Assembly: GCA_028826165.1 (NCBI GenBank)
Contig: JAPDFW010000056.1
Coordinates: 310,001-374,000 of the forward strand
From: Anaeramoeba ignava BMAN
Lineage: Eukaryota; Protista; Anaeramoebae
Reading direction: 5' to 3'
DNA length: 64,000 nucleotides
Shown here: one piece after another, positions 1 to 13,400 of the stretch
Numbering within the stretch: position 1 is the first letter of the stretch
Layout of the letters: every line of letters begins with the position of its first letter
The notes under the pieces: generated by a model
The model's database searches: none
Told to the model about the DNA's origin: nothing
The model's input: the letters and a program-made list of their open reading frames with translations, nothing else
Position numbers and translations under genes: made by a program

Positions 1-872
1 TTTCAATTTCAATTTAATTTTCAATTTAATTTTCAATCCAATTTTCAATTTAATTTTCAATTTAATTTTTAATTTAATTTTTAATTTAATTTTCAATTTA
101 ATTTTTAATTTAATTTTTAATTTAATTTTTAATTTAATTTTCAATTTAATTTTCAATTTAATTTTTAATTTAATTTTCAATCCAATTTTCAATTTAATTT
201 TCAATCCAATTTTCAATCCAATTTTCAATCCAATTTTCAATCCAATTTTCAATTTAATTTTTCAATTTAATTTTCAATCCAATTTTCAATCCAATTTTCA
301 ATCCAATTTTCAATCCAATTTTCAATCCAATTTTCAATTTAATTTTCAATCAATTTTCAATCCAATTTTCAATCCAATTTTCAATTTAATTTTCAATCTA
401 ATTTTCAATTCAATTTTTAATTTAATTTTCAATCCAATTTTCAATCCAATTTTCAATCCAATTTTCAATCCAATTTTTAATCCAATTTTCAATTTAATTT
501 TCAATCCAATTTTTAATCCAATTTTCAATTTAATTTTCAATCCAATTTTCAATTCAATTTTCAATCCAATTTTAAATTTAATTTTCAATTTAATTTTTGA
601 TTTAATTTTTAATCCAATTTTTAATTTAATTTTCAATCCAATTTTTAATCCAATTTTCAATTTAATTTTCAATCTAATTTTTAATTTAATTTTCAATTTA
701 ATTTTCAATCCAATTTTCAATTTAATTTTCAATTTAATTTTAAATTTAATTTTTAATTTAATTTTCAATTTAATTTTCAATCCAATTTTTAATTTAATTT
801 TCAATCCAATTTTTAATTTCATTTTCAATTTAATTTTCAATTTAATTTTTAATCTAATTTTCAATTTAATTT
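1..872. repeat. 12-bp satellite (TTTAATTTTCAA / TCCAATTTTCAA variants), truncated by window start
   Basis: Directly visible tandem units; the 346..864 ORF (KIKL/KIGL)n is just the repeat translated. Confidence 0.95.
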
Positions 873-1196
873 TTATTCTTTTTAATTTATTTATTTAAAT
901 AAAAAGATCAATTCATTTAAACTCCTAATTTAATAAGAAAAAAAAAAAAAAAAAAAAAAAATAAAAAGAAAACAAAAGTATTTCCAAATAATCCCCTTTA
1001 TTTATTTTATTTATTTATTATTTATTTTATTTTTTTTATTAAAAGAAATTAAATAAATTTTTTTGAGTGACGTAGTTTAGAATTTTATTTAAAAAAAGAA
1101 GAAAAAAGCAAAAAAAAAAAAAAAAGCAAAAAAAATCCTTTCAAATTTTTTCTTTTTATTTTTTTCATTTTTTTCATTTTTTTTATTTAAAAAAGA

Positions 1197-2135
1197 ATGG
1201 AGTATGTTGAACTTAATACAAAACAAAAAATGCCAGCTTTAGGAATTGGAACCTACAGGTCTCCAAAAGGTGAATTAGGAAAAGCAATAAAAATTGCATT
1301 AGAAACAGGAATTAGACACATTGATTGTGCATACTTTTATGAAAATGAAGATGAAATTGGTGAAGTTCTTAAAGAAACATTTGATCAAGGAAAAATCAAA
1401 AGAGAAGATGTTTGGATAACTTCAAAATTATATAATATTTTCCACGATCCAAAAGATGTTCAAGAAGGTTGTGAAAAAACAATTAAAGATCTTCAATGTG
1501 GTTATCTTGATTTGTTTCTTATTCATTGGCCTGTCGCTTTTGCAAAAAGAGATAATCTTGAATTATTTCCAAAAAATGATGACGACTCAATGTGTACTGT
1601 TGATGTTACATTAATTGAAACATGGCATGCAATGGAAAAACTTGTTGAACTTGGACTTGTTAAAGCAATTGGAATTTCTAATTGTACAAAAGAAAAAATT
1701 GACGAAATTTATGAAAAAGCAAAAATCAAACCAGCAGTGAACCAAATTGAAAATCATCCATATCTTCAACAAGAAGAACTTTGTCAATATTGTCGTAAAC
1801 TTGGAATTCAAATTACAGCTTATTCTCCTCTTGGAACAACTGATTTTAAACAAGAAAATGCTTTATTACTTAAAGATCCAGTTATTCTTGAAATTGCTAA
1901 GAAACATAATGCTTCACCTGCTCAAGTTTTAATCAAATGGAACATTCAAAGAGGAAATGCTGTTATTCCAAAAGCTGTTAAACCTGAACATATTAAAGAT
2001 AATTTTGAATGCTTTAAAGTTAAACTTACTGAAGAAGATATGAAACAAATTGCAACTCTTGATCGTCATCTCCGTTTTGTTAATCCCATGTATTTCTGGA
2101 ATATTGATGTTTTTGGAGAAGCTAACAAGAAATAA
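1197..2135 (+). CDS. Aldo-keto reductase (AKR1A/AKR4-like), copy 1, intronless
   Basis: MPALGIGT, HIDCAYFY, ITSKL, LIHWP (catalytic D/Y/K/H), GISN, NQIENHPY, AYSPLG, VIPK. Confidence 0.95.
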   Translation: MEYVELNTKQKMPALGIGTYRSPKGELGKAIKIALETGIRHIDCAYFYENEDEIGEVLKETFDQGKIKREDVWITSKLYNIFHDPKDVQEGCEKTIKDLQCGYLDLFLIHWPVAFAKRDNLELFPKNDDDSMCTVDVTLIETWHAMEKLVELGLVKAIGISNCTKEKIDEIYEKAKIKPAVNQIENHPYLQQEELCQYCRKLGIQITAYSPLGTTDFKQENALLLKDPVILEIAKKHNASPAQVLIKWNIQRGNAVIPKAVKPEHIKDNFECFKVKLTEEDMKQIATLDRHLRFVNPMYFWNIDVFGEANKK

Positions 2136-2364
2136 TTTCCAAAATCAATTTCAAACAAAATCAATTTTTTCATTTCAATTTTAATCCATTTTTTCATTTC
2201 AATTTCAATCAATTTTTGATTTCAATTTCAATTTCAATTTCAATCAATTTTTTCTTTCCATTTTTGATTTTTGATTTTTAATCAAAAAAAATTTTTCAAT
2301 AAAAAAATGGAAAAAATTTCTTTTTCTTTTTCTTTTTCTTTTTTCAATCCAAAAATCCAAAAAT

Positions 2365-2597
2365 TAAAATTAAAATTAAAATTAAAATTAAAGCTTCAAA
2401 TATTAAAATTAAACACAAATTAAACACAAATTAAATTAAAAACAAAATTAAACACAAATTAAATTAAAACTTCAAAAACAAAATTAAAGCTTCAAACATT
2501 AAAATTAAACACAAATTAAACACAAATTAAATTAAAGCTTCAAATATTAAAAATTAAAAACAAAATTAAACACAAATTAAACACAAATTAAATTAAA
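2365..2597. repeat. Intergenic degenerate repeat (AAATTAAACAC / AAAGCTTCAAA units)
   Basis: Visible repeated units between the two AKR genes. Confidence 0.7.
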
Positions 2598-2672
2598 AAA
2601 AAAGCAAAAATATTTTTTCATTTTTTCATTTTTTCATTTTTTCATTTTTCATTTTTTTCATTTTAAAAAAGA

Positions 2673-3614
2673 ATGGAGTATGTTGAACTTAATACAAAAC
2701 AAAAAATGCCAGCTTTAGGAATTGGAACATGGAAATCCAAAAAAGGTGAAGTAGGTAAAGCAGTTAAAATTGCATTAGAAACAGGATACAGACACATTGA
2801 TTGTGCATATGCTTATGAAAATGAAGATGAAATTGGTGAAATTCTTAAAGAAACATTTGATCAAGGAAAAATCAAAAGAGAAGATATTTGGATAACTTCA
2901 AAGTTATGGAATATTTTCCACGATCCAAAAGATGTTCAACCAATTTGTGAAAAAACAATTAAAGATCTTCAATGTGGTTATCTTGATTTATATCTTATGC
3001 ATTGCCCTGTTTGTTTTGAAAAACGAGAGAATCTTGAATTATTTCCAAGAAAAGATGAAAACACAATGAGTACTGTTAATATTCCATTAATTGAAACATG
3101 GCATGCAATGGAAAAACTTGTTGAACTTGGACTTGTTAAATCAATTGGAATTTCTAATTTTACAAAAGAAAAAATTGAAGAAATTTATGAAAAAGCAAAA
3201 ATCAAACCAGTAATAAATCAAGTTGAAAATCATCCATATCTTCAACAAGAAGAACTTTGTCAATATTGTCGTAAAAATGGAATTCAAATTACAGCTTATT
3301 CTCCTCTTGGAACAAGTGATTCTAAAAAAGAAGAAGATCCTTCTTTACTTCAAGATCCAGTTATTAATGAAATTGCTAAGAAACATAATGTTTCATCTGC
3401 TCAAATTTTAATCAAATGGCAAATTCAAAGAGGAAATACTGTTATTCCAAAAGCTGTTAAACCTGAACATATTAAAGATAATTTTGATTGTCAAAATATT
3501 AAGCTTACTGAAGAAGATATGAAACAAATTGCAACTCTTGATCGTCATTTCCGTTTTCTTAATCCTCTTAATTTTTGGAATATTGATATGTATGGAGAAG
3601 CTAACAAGAAATAA
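2673..3614 (+). CDS. Aldo-keto reductase, copy 2 (tandem paralog)
   Basis: Same motifs as copy 1, with long identical stretches. Confidence 0.95.
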   Translation: MEYVELNTKQKMPALGIGTWKSKKGEVGKAVKIALETGYRHIDCAYAYENEDEIGEILKETFDQGKIKREDIWITSKLWNIFHDPKDVQPICEKTIKDLQCGYLDLYLMHCPVCFEKRENLELFPRKDENTMSTVNIPLIETWHAMEKLVELGLVKSIGISNFTKEKIEEIYEKAKIKPVINQVENHPYLQQEELCQYCRKNGIQITAYSPLGTSDSKKEEDPSLLQDPVINEIAKKHNVSSAQILIKWQIQRGNTVIPKAVKPEHIKDNFDCQNIKLTEEDMKQIATLDRHFRFLNPLNFWNIDMYGEANKK

Positions 3615-4058
3615 TTTCCAATTTCAATTTTAAAACAATTTTAAAAACAATTTCAAAAAAAAATTTCAAAAAAATAATTTTAAATGATTTTTTTTCTTGG
3701 TTTAATTTCCTAGAAGAAAAAAAAAAAAGAAAGAAAGAAAAACAAATCCGAAAAAAAAAAAGAAAAAAAATTGAAGAAAAAAATTGAAGAAAAAATATCC
3801 AATTTTGATTTCAGAATAAAAGCAACTTTTTAATAATATTCTATTAAAAAGAAAAGAAAAGAAAAGAATTAAATTTAATTTTAATTTTAATTTTAATTTT
3901 AATTTTAATTTTAATTTTAATTTTAATTTTAATTTTTATTTTAAAATGAATTTATTTTTAATTTTATAAATGAATTTAATTTTATAAATGAATTTAATTT
4001 TAATTTTAATTTTAATTTTATTTTTAATTTTATAAATGAATTTATTTTTATTTTAATT

Positions 4059-4679
4059 TTAATAAATACCTTTTCGATATTTTTTCCAAATGGCAATACC
4101 AAAGAAATAAAATCCTAAGGATAACAAGGCAGCCAAACAAGACAAGAAAAAGGAGTAAGAATAAGAGATAATTTGGCTTGAGAAGATTTTACCGTCCTCC
4201 CAAATAGGAAAAATAGCATTTTCAGATTCAAAAACCATTTGGTCGATATCAGGAGTTTTAATAACAACAACAAGAATAGAGATGAGGAAAAAACCGAAGA
4301 CAAGCCAGCCTAAGATAAGAAACAATCTCCTAGAAAACGGGATAATAATAGATAGGCCGATAGCGATTACAACGGCACCTAAAGCGAACCGATAGTACTT
4401 ATTCAAATCTTTCCAGTCACTTTTAAAATTACTTGATACAAAATCTTTATCTTCCATATCTTGCAATTTGTAGGTCTCGTCAACATCCGTTCGGTTGGAT
4501 AAATTCACATATTCTCCCTTGAATTTGATCGAATAAAGCCCGAGATACGTTGTTATGTCTGAGTCGTTTTGTCCTGTAACTGTTACTTTACCATAACACC
4601 AATATGGAAGTGGAATTGATATAATTCCTACTAATATTGGTATCAAAAATAGTATGAAAATCTTTTTTCTTGGTCCCAT
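4059..4679 (-). CDS. Four-TM membrane protein with claudin/PMP22/amastin-like topology
   Basis: N-terminal TM followed by P-Y-W, then YLGLY (W..GLW-like), a large first loop, two more TMs, and YSYSFFL before the last TM. Confidence 0.6.
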   Translation of the reverse strand: MGPRKKIFILFLIPILVGIISIPLPYWCYGKVTVTGQNDSDITTYLGLYSIKFKGEYVNLSNRTDVDETYKLQDMEDKDFVSSNFKSDWKDLNKYYRFALGAVVIAIGLSIIIPFSRRLFLILGWLVFGFFLISILVVVIKTPDIDQMVFESENAIFPIWEDGKIFSSQIISYSYSFFLSCLAALLSLGFYFFGIAIWKKYRKGIY

Positions 4680-4976
4680 TTTGTGTTGTTTTTTTTTTGT
4701 TTGTTGGTTTTCAACGTGTAAAAGTTTTTTTGTGTTTTGATAAATGTAAAAAAAAAATATAATAAAAATAAAAAGGAAAAAAAAAATGAAAAAATGAAAA
4801 TGAAAAAAATTTTAATTTTTTTTTTTAAATTATTAATTTTTTTTATTTTTTACTCATTTTTATTATAAAACAACATTATTTAAGAATTTTTAAAAAAAAA
4901 ATTAATTCTATTTTTTTCTTTCTTTTTTAATAAAAATAAAAATTAAAAATTAAAAATTAAAAATTAAAAATTAAAA

Positions 4977-7839
4977 ATGGAAAAAATGGAAAAATTGGGA
5001 AAAGCTTTTCATAAAATTGAAAGAGATTTAGTTTGTCAAATTTGTAGAAAACCTTTAAAAAAACCTCGTTCTCTTCCTTGTCATCATATTTTTTGTAAAA
5101 TTTGGTAAAGAAACATAAAATAAAACTTAATTTAAATTTATAATTTATAATTTATAATTTTATTTTAATTTAACGGTTAAAATTTATGTTAAAATTTATT
5201 TTATTTTAATCAGTATTGATAATGCAACTAAATCTAATTATGTTTGTCCTCTTTGTTTTATGCCTTTTTTAAGAAGTGATAAAAAAAGAGTTCATATGCT
5301 TGAAGGTATAATGATTCAAGTTGAGAGACTAAAATTAGCAATTCAAAATCATGACAATAATGAAACTGAAATTGAAAATGAAATTGAAACTAATAAAGCT
5401 GAAATTGAAACTAATAAAACTGAAATTAAAACTGAAACTAAAATTGAAAATGAAATTAAAACTGAAACTGAAATTAAAAATGAAATTAAAAATAATCCAA
5501 ATGAAATTAAAAATAATCCAAATGAAATTACAACTGAAATTAAAACTAATACAAATAATTCTCCAAAAAAGAATAAGAAAAGAAAAAGTGATACTTCTAT
5601 TGCACTTGAATCTCAAAAATCTAAATCTAAATCTAAATCAAAATCAAAATCAAAATCAAAATCTAAATCAAAATCTAAATCAAAATCAAAATCAAAACCT
5701 AAATCAAAACCTAAATCAAAACCTAACAAATCTACATCTGAATCTGAAGTTGAATCTGAATCTGAAATTGAATCTACATCTATATCTGAAGTTGAATCTC
5801 AAAAATCAAAATCAAAATCTAAATCTAAACCTAAACCTAAATCTAAATCAAAATCAAAATCAAAATCAAAATCAAAATCAAAACCTAAATCAAAACCTAA
5901 ATCAAAACCTAAATCAAAACCTAACAAATCTACATCTGAATCTAAATCTAAATCAAAATCTAAATCAAAACCTAAATCAAAACCTAAATCAAAACCTAAC
6001 AAATCTACATCTGAATCTGAAGTTGAATCTGAATCTGAAATTGAATCTACATCTATATCTGAAGTTGAATCTCAAAAATCAAAATCTAAATCAAAACCTA
6101 AACCTAAATCTAAATCAAAACTTAAATCTAAATCAAAATCTAAATCTAAACCTAAATCTAAATATAAATCAAAACCTAAATCAAAACCTAAATCAAAACC
6201 TAAATCAAAACCTAACAAATCTACATCTGAATCTGATGTTGAATCTACATCTGAATCTGAAGTTGAATCTACATCTGAATCTGAAATTGAATCTGAAATT
6301 GAATCTACATCTATATCTGAAATTGAATCTACATCTGAATCTGAAATTGAATCTGAAATTGAATCTACATCTGAATCTGAAGTTGAATCTCAAAAACCAA
6401 AATCAAAATCTAAATCAAAATCAAAATCAAAATCAAAATCTAAATCTAAATCTAAATCTAAACCTAAATCTAAATCAAGATCAAAATCAAAATCAAAATC
6501 AAAATCTAAATCTAAATCTAAATCAAAATCAAAACTTAACAAATCTACATCTGAATCTGAAGTTGAATCTACATCTGAAATTGAATCTATATCTGAATCT
6601 CAATCACAATCTCAAGAATCTCAATCTCAATCTCAAGAATCAGAATCTCAAGAATTTCAACCAACTCAACCTTACAAAAAAATTAAAACACTTTCAAACT
6701 CTCCAAAAATTCAAAATCTTATCAAATCAAATTCAATCGCACTTGCACAATTTTTATCAACAAGATCTCCATTAAGAAAAACACCATCAAGAAAACTAAA
6801 AATACTCCAAACAATTTCAAAAGAAATCCTACAAAATTCAGAAAATAAAACACAAAACGAACAAGAAAACATCAATAACAACCATAATCACAAAATCCAC
6901 AAAATAGAAGTCAAATCACAAGATTCAAAACCAAACCAAGAAATTATCACAATAGCAACAAGTTGCTTAACGGAAAAAGAAATGCAAACAATTCAAAGAG
7001 TTGTGAAAAAATTCAATTGGAAATTTGTAAATCAAATCACATGTTTCTCAAGAGAACCAAATCAACCAAATCAAAACCAAGAAAATACAAATATCAAACA
7101 AACAAAAATAACACATCTTATTATGCCATACAAACGCACAAATCTTGCTGAAAGATCAATTAAATATTTTCTTGCAATTCTCAATGGAGTGTGGATTGTT
7201 AATTTCGAATGGATTAACATGTGCTTGAAGAACAACGCAAAAGCAGATGAAACTCAATATCAAATTCAAGGTGATCCTTATTATTATGGAGGATCAATAA
7301 GATCTCGTTTGTTGATCTCTTCAAGATTGCTTTTCAAAAATCTTTTTGTATTTGTTCATGATGATTATTATTCTGAGGCTTATCCAGCTTCACATATTCT
7401 TGAGAAATTTGTTATTCATGGAGGTGGAAAAGTTATTCACAAAAATTTACATACTCAAGAATTTAGACTTATTTATAATCAAGACTTACTGGATCATTTT
7501 TCTGACGAAGGAAATGATAAATCTCTTATGGAAATTGATTCCTCAAAACAAGAACAAGCTCAAAAATTACTTGATGATTTTGGAATTGTTGATAATCATC
7601 AAATTTATTGTGAAAAATTAAAAAAAACTTTGATTGTTTTTACTTCTTGTGGTTGTCGTAAAAAGAAAAGTTTGCAAGCTTTTAATTATTATCTTTCTTC
7701 TTTACAAAATGAAAGTCAAGAACAAGAAGATACAAAAACTATTTATCGATTTGCAAATATTAGTCCTAAGTGGTTATTGGATTCAATTAGTAATTTTGGA
7801 TTGATTTCTATTGATGATTATTTGATTAGAACAAATTGA
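4977..7839 (+). CDS. BRCA1/BARD1-like RING + tandem BRCT protein; exons 4977-5104, 5214-7839
   Basis: Spliced N-terminus gives the C3HC4 RING CQIC..LPCHHIFCKIC..VCPLC across a GT-AG intron (5105-5213); C-terminal BRCTs (THLI..RSIKYFLAILNGVWIVNFEWI; ISPKWLLDSIS). Confidence 0.85.
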
Positions 7840-8039
7840 AAATTTTTAATTATAATTTTTAATTGAAATTTATATTATAATTTTTTATTATTATTTTTTG
7901 ACATTATTTTAAATTAAATTCAATAAGCAAAAAAAATTTTTTTTTCTTTTTTTTTTTTTTAAGAATTTATTTTTTTTCTTTTCAAAAAGAAAATTTATTT
8001 TTTTTAATTTGAAATTTTTTTTTAATTTGAAATTTTGAA

Positions 8040-8849
8040 ATGGTTTTAACTCAAGATTCTAAAAACGCACTAGAATTCTTAAGAGCTGCAAATAGAGGAC
8101 AATGGTCAATTACTCCATTATTTGTTTTAGTAATTTACGTCATTTTCGGATATATTGGTGAACAGAAATGGGATCATTTACTTGGAATGCTTGCTTTTTT
8201 TGGAATGGATTTTTTCAACGAACTTGTTAATTCAGGAATATTACATTATACTAATTACTCAGCTTTGTGGACAACAAGTGTCGAAAATACAACTTATATT
8301 CCTTTAGTTGGTTGGAATATTGAGATCATGTTGACTTTTTTGATTGCTCCATTGGTTGCGTTTAAAATAACTCCAAAAATACCAACTAAATACAAAATTC
8401 CCACTGTTCTTTTTTGGGTTGTTTTTGGATTTTTCGTTATTTATCCGGAAACGGTCATTGTTTTGGATTTTGTTGTTTCCTATTCTTTCACACTTTCTCA
8501 ACTTCTTTTTTCTATTTTATTCGCTTTTTTGCTGATCGGTATCTTTTTTCTTAAATTTTCTCGTTATGTTGAGATCCCTTCTATTATTGTTCTTTCTTTT
8601 TTTTTCTCTTGCATTGCTGTTGGTTTTGAGTTGTTTTTGAATTATACTGGCTTGCTTTTGTGGACCTATAAATACTGGAATTTTTATTTCCCTTTTTTGA
8701 TCATCTTTTTCGGTTATTTCCATTTCTTTTATGCTGCAATTTGGGTTTTTCAAAGGCAATCTCGTCTTCCTCAATTTATTGCTGTTGGATTGATTTATCT
8801 GATTAATTTTGTTGTGATGATTTTTTTAATCTATCAAAAATGGATTTAA
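8040..8849 (+). CDS. Multi-pass membrane protein of unknown function, resembling an uncharacterised bacterial family; intronless
   Basis: 269-aa hydrophobic ORF with motifs AFFGMDFFNE, VGWNIEI, ELFLN..LLW.Y.YWN, GYFHFF. Confidence 0.75.
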   Translation: MVLTQDSKNALEFLRAANRGQWSITPLFVLVIYVIFGYIGEQKWDHLLGMLAFFGMDFFNELVNSGILHYTNYSALWTTSVENTTYIPLVGWNIEIMLTFLIAPLVAFKITPKIPTKYKIPTVLFWVVFGFFVIYPETVIVLDFVVSYSFTLSQLLFSILFAFLLIGIFFLKFSRYVEIPSIIVLSFFFSCIAVGFELFLNYTGLLLWTYKYWNFYFPFLIIFFGYFHFFYAAIWVFQRQSRLPQFIAVGLIYLINFVVMIFLIYQKWI

Positions 8850-8854
8850 TTTGA

Positions 8855-10220
8855 AAATTTAAAATCAAAATCAAAATCAAAATCAAAATCAAAATCTAAA
8901 TCTAATTCAAAATTTAAATCAAAATCAAAATCAAAATTTAAATCTAAATTAAAATCTAAATCAAAATCAAAATCTAAATCTAAATCATAATTTAAATTTA
9001 AATTCAAAATTTAAATCTAAATCAAAATCTAAATCAAAATCAAAATCAAAATCAAAATCAAAATCTAAATCTAAATCAAAATCTAAATCTAAATCTAAAT
9101 CTAAATCTAAATCTAAATTAAAAAAATCTAAATTAAAATCTAAATCTAAATCAAAATTAAAATAAATCAAAATCTAAATTCAAATAAATCAAAATTCAAA
9201 ATTAAATTTAAATCTAAATCTAAATCTAAATTAAATCAAATCAAAAATCAAAATCAAAATCTAAATTTAAATCAAAAATAAATCTAAAATCAAAAATCTA
9301 AATCTAAATAAATCTAAATCTAAATCAAAAATCAAATCAAAATCAAAAAATCAAAATTTAAATTCAAAAAAAATCTAAATCTAAATCTAAATCAAAATCT
9401 AAATCTAAATCAAAAAAATCAAAAAAATCTAAATCAAAAAAATTTAAATCAAAAAAATCAAAATCAAAATCAAATTTAAAAATTTAAATCAAAATATAAA
9501 ATAAAATCAAAATTTAAATCTAAAAAATCAAAAAAATTCAAAATCAAAAAATCAAAAAATCAAATTCAAATTTAAATCAAAATTTAAATCAAATCAAAAA
9601 TTAAATTAAAAAATTTCAAAAAATCAAAATTTAAATCTAAATTTAAATCTAAATTTAAATCTAAATCAAAAAATCAAAATTTAAATCAAAATCTTAAATC
9701 TAAATCTAAATCAAAATCTTAAATCTAAATCAAAAAATCAAAATCAAAATCAAAATCAATAAATCTAAATCAAAATCAAAATCAAAATTTAAATAAATAA
9801 ATCTAAATTTAAATCAAAAATTTAAAAAATCAAAAAATCTAAATCAAAATCTAAATCTAAATCAAAATCAAAATTTCTAAAAATCTAAATTCAAAAAAAT
9901 AAATCTAAATTTAAATTAAATCAAATTCAAAATTCAAAAATTTAAATCTAAAAATCTAAATCTAAATCTAAATCTAAATCAAAATCTAAATCAAAATTTC
10001 AAAATTTTTAAATTTAAATCAAAATTTAAATTTAAATCTAAATTTAAAAATTTAAATTAAATCTAAATCAAATCAAAATTAAATTTAAATTTAAATCAAA
10101 ATTTCAAAATCAAATTAAAAAATTTAAATCAAATTCAAAATCTAAATCTAAATCTAAATTTAAATCTAAATCTAAATCTAAATCAAAATCTAAATCAAAA
10201 TCAAAATTTAAATCAAAATT
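8855..10220. repeat. (AAAATC/AAATCT)n hexamer satellite directly 3' of a stop codon
   Basis: Visible tandem hexamers, degenerate in the middle. Confidence 0.95.
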
Positions 10221-10426
10221 TTAGTTTGATTATAACCGTTAAATAATCAATTTTTTTTTTGATTTAAAAACAATTACTTTCTTTTTTTGTTTTTTTTTCT
10301 TTCTTTTTCGTTCAAAAAAAAAAACAAAAATCATTTTAATTTTCTTAACGTTTTTTTTTTTTCATTTTCTTTTTTCTTTTTTTTCTTTTCAATTTTATTA
10401 AAAATAATAAATTAATCAATTAATCA

Positions 10427-13400
10427 ATGATAAATACTAAAATTCAAAATCGAGAACCAAATTCAACTAAAGATAAAAGAATTAGTTCTTTTCGCAAATA
10501 TATAAATAAAATATCACCAATCAATGTATTTCAATATTCAATATTCAATATTCAATTCAATATTTAATTCAATATTCAATATTCAATTTAATATTTAATA
10601 TTTAATTCAATTCAATATTTAATTCAATTCAATATTTAATTCAATTCAATATTTAATATTTAATTCAATATTTAATATTCAATAATTTAATATTCAATAT
10701 TAAATATTGAATATTTAATTCAATATTCAATATTGAATTGAATATTCAATATTTAATTCAATTCAATATTTATTTAATATTTATTCAATATTTAATTCAA
10801 TTCAATATTTATTTCAATTAAATTCAAATATTCACCAATATCACCAATATTTCATTATTCATTCAATATTCAATATTCAATTTATTCAAATATTCAATTA
10901 TTCACCAATATATTCAATATTTAATTCAATATTTAATATTTAATATTTAATTCAATATTCAATTCAATATTCAATTCAATATTTAATATTTCAATTCAAT
11001 ATTCAATTCAAATTCAATTCAATTCAATTCAATATTTCCCATATTTTTCAATATTTAATATATTCAATATTCAATATTCAATATTCAATATTTAATATTA
11101 TTTCAATTCAATATTCAACCAATATTCGATTCAATATTCAATATTCAATTTATTTAATATTTAATATTTAATTCTATATATTTAAAATTCAATATTCAAT
11201 ATTTATTCAAATTCAATATTATTCAATATTAATAATATTCAATATTCATTCCAATATTCAATTCAATATTTCCAATTCAATATTATTCAATTTATTTCAA
11301 TATTCATTCAATATTCAATATTTGATTCAATATTTTAATATTCAATATTCAATATTTAATATTCAATATTCATTCAATTCAATATTTCAATATTCAATAT
11401 TTAATATTCAATATTCAATTCAATATTCAATTCAATGTTAATTCAATATTCAATTCATTTAATTCAATATTTAATATTCAATATTCAATATTCAATTCAA
11501 TATTCAATATTCAATTCAATATTTCAATATTCAAAATTCATTCATATTCAATATTCAATATTTCAATCAATATTTTTAATATTATATTATTCAATATTTA
11601 ATATTCAATGTTTTATATTATTCAATGTTTTTAATATATATTCAATATTCAATTCAATATTCAATTTAATTATTTTAATATTATTCAATTCAATATCAAT
11701 ATTCAATATTCAATATTTATTCAATATTCAAATTCAATATTCAATATATTTCAAATTCAATTCAATATTCAATATTTAATTCAATTCAATTCAATTCAAT
11801 ATTTAATTCAATTCAATATTCAGTTTAATATTCAATTCAATATTTAATTCAAATTCAATATTCAATATTCAATATATTTATTAATATTCAATATTCAATA
11901 TTTTTAATTCAATATTTATTCAATATTTAATTTAATATTTAATTAAATTCAATATTCAATTCAATATTTAATTTAATTCAATATTTAATTCAATATTCAA
12001 TATTCAATATTTAATTTAATATTTAATTCAATTCAATATTCAATATTTAATTCAATTCAATTCAATTCAATTCAATATTTAATTCAATATTTAATACTTA
12101 ATATTCAATTCAATATTTAATACTTAATATTCAATATTTAATTCAATATTTAATATTCAATATTTAATTTAATATTTAATTCAATATTCAATTCAATTCA
12201 ATATTTAATATTCAATTCAATATTCAATTCAATATTGAATTCAATATTTAATTCAATATTGAATTCAATATTTAATTCAATATTTAATTCAATATTTTTT
12301 ATATTCAAAAAAAAATTAATAATAAAAATAAAAAGATCAAAGATATCTCACAACTTGAAAACCAAATACAAAATATTCAAGAATCACTTACAGATAATGA
12401 AAATTGGTCTCAACGTTCACAATCAATGACTCTTCTCTCTGGAATCCTTAAAGGAGAGGGATTGAACTTCCAAAACAAAGAAGTATTATGGATTCTACAA
12501 AAAACCAAGCAGCAAATTGCAGAACAACTTGTAGATTTAAGATCAGCAATCGTGAAACAAGCATGTCTCCTCATCTCCCACCTATCCTTTTGTCTTCGTG
12601 ATTCCTTTGATCCATTTTGTGATGCTCTTCTTCCTAATTTATTCAAAATTGTTGTTGTTAAAATCAAAGTAATTTCTCAAGGTGCTGATCGTTGTATCAA
12701 AAATGTGATTCAATACACAAGATCTTCCCGCATAATTTTCGCAATAAAAACAGCAATCACACAAACCAAAAACTCAGATCTTCGCGATCATTGCTCAGAA
12801 TACACATATTTAATCCTCAAAAACTGGGACACTCAAACAATCACAAATCATTTTGACGAAATTGAAACAATCATCGACTTCGCTCTTTCCGATTCTGGTT
12901 CCATTTCCCGAAAGTTCGCCCGGAAATGTTGGTGGGAATACTCCCGTCATTGTGATAATCGCGCACAGAAATTGATTGAAAGACAAGACCCAAGTATAAA
13001 AAAGAATATTCTAACGGAGAAAACACCATCTAATCAACAATTCCAATTCAAAAACTCGAAGGCAATATCCTCTTCAGTTGTTCCAAATCAACCCTTTGGC
13101 TTAAGTTCCAACCTCAAATCTATTCGTAAAATCAACAAAAGAAGACCTGTTTCCACTAGTGAGAATGTTGAAAGTAATGATCACCCAAAAAATGAACCGA
13201 AAACAACCTTAAAGGAAAACACTCAAAATCACTTGAATATTCTCAACTCATTTGGAAAAAACAATCCTGCGAATATTTCCCATCAAACAACAACTCAGTA
13301 TCTGTATTCCTTGCACAACAAGTTGAATCCAAGTCAAAATCCGAATTTCAATAGTAATTTTGATCCTTTATTGTCAACTCCCATCAATAATAATCGCAAA

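Noticed and set aside
346-864. ORFs of KIKL, LNLN, ILIL or FIFI type (also 5351-6775, 11435-11779, 24073-24468, 29020-29858, 34349-34871, 42471-43481)
   Set aside because: Stop-free translations of satellites, or shadow frames of real genes
1-872. Telomeric repeat
   Set aside because: Degenerate 12-mer like other local satellites, with no uniform G-rich telomere unit
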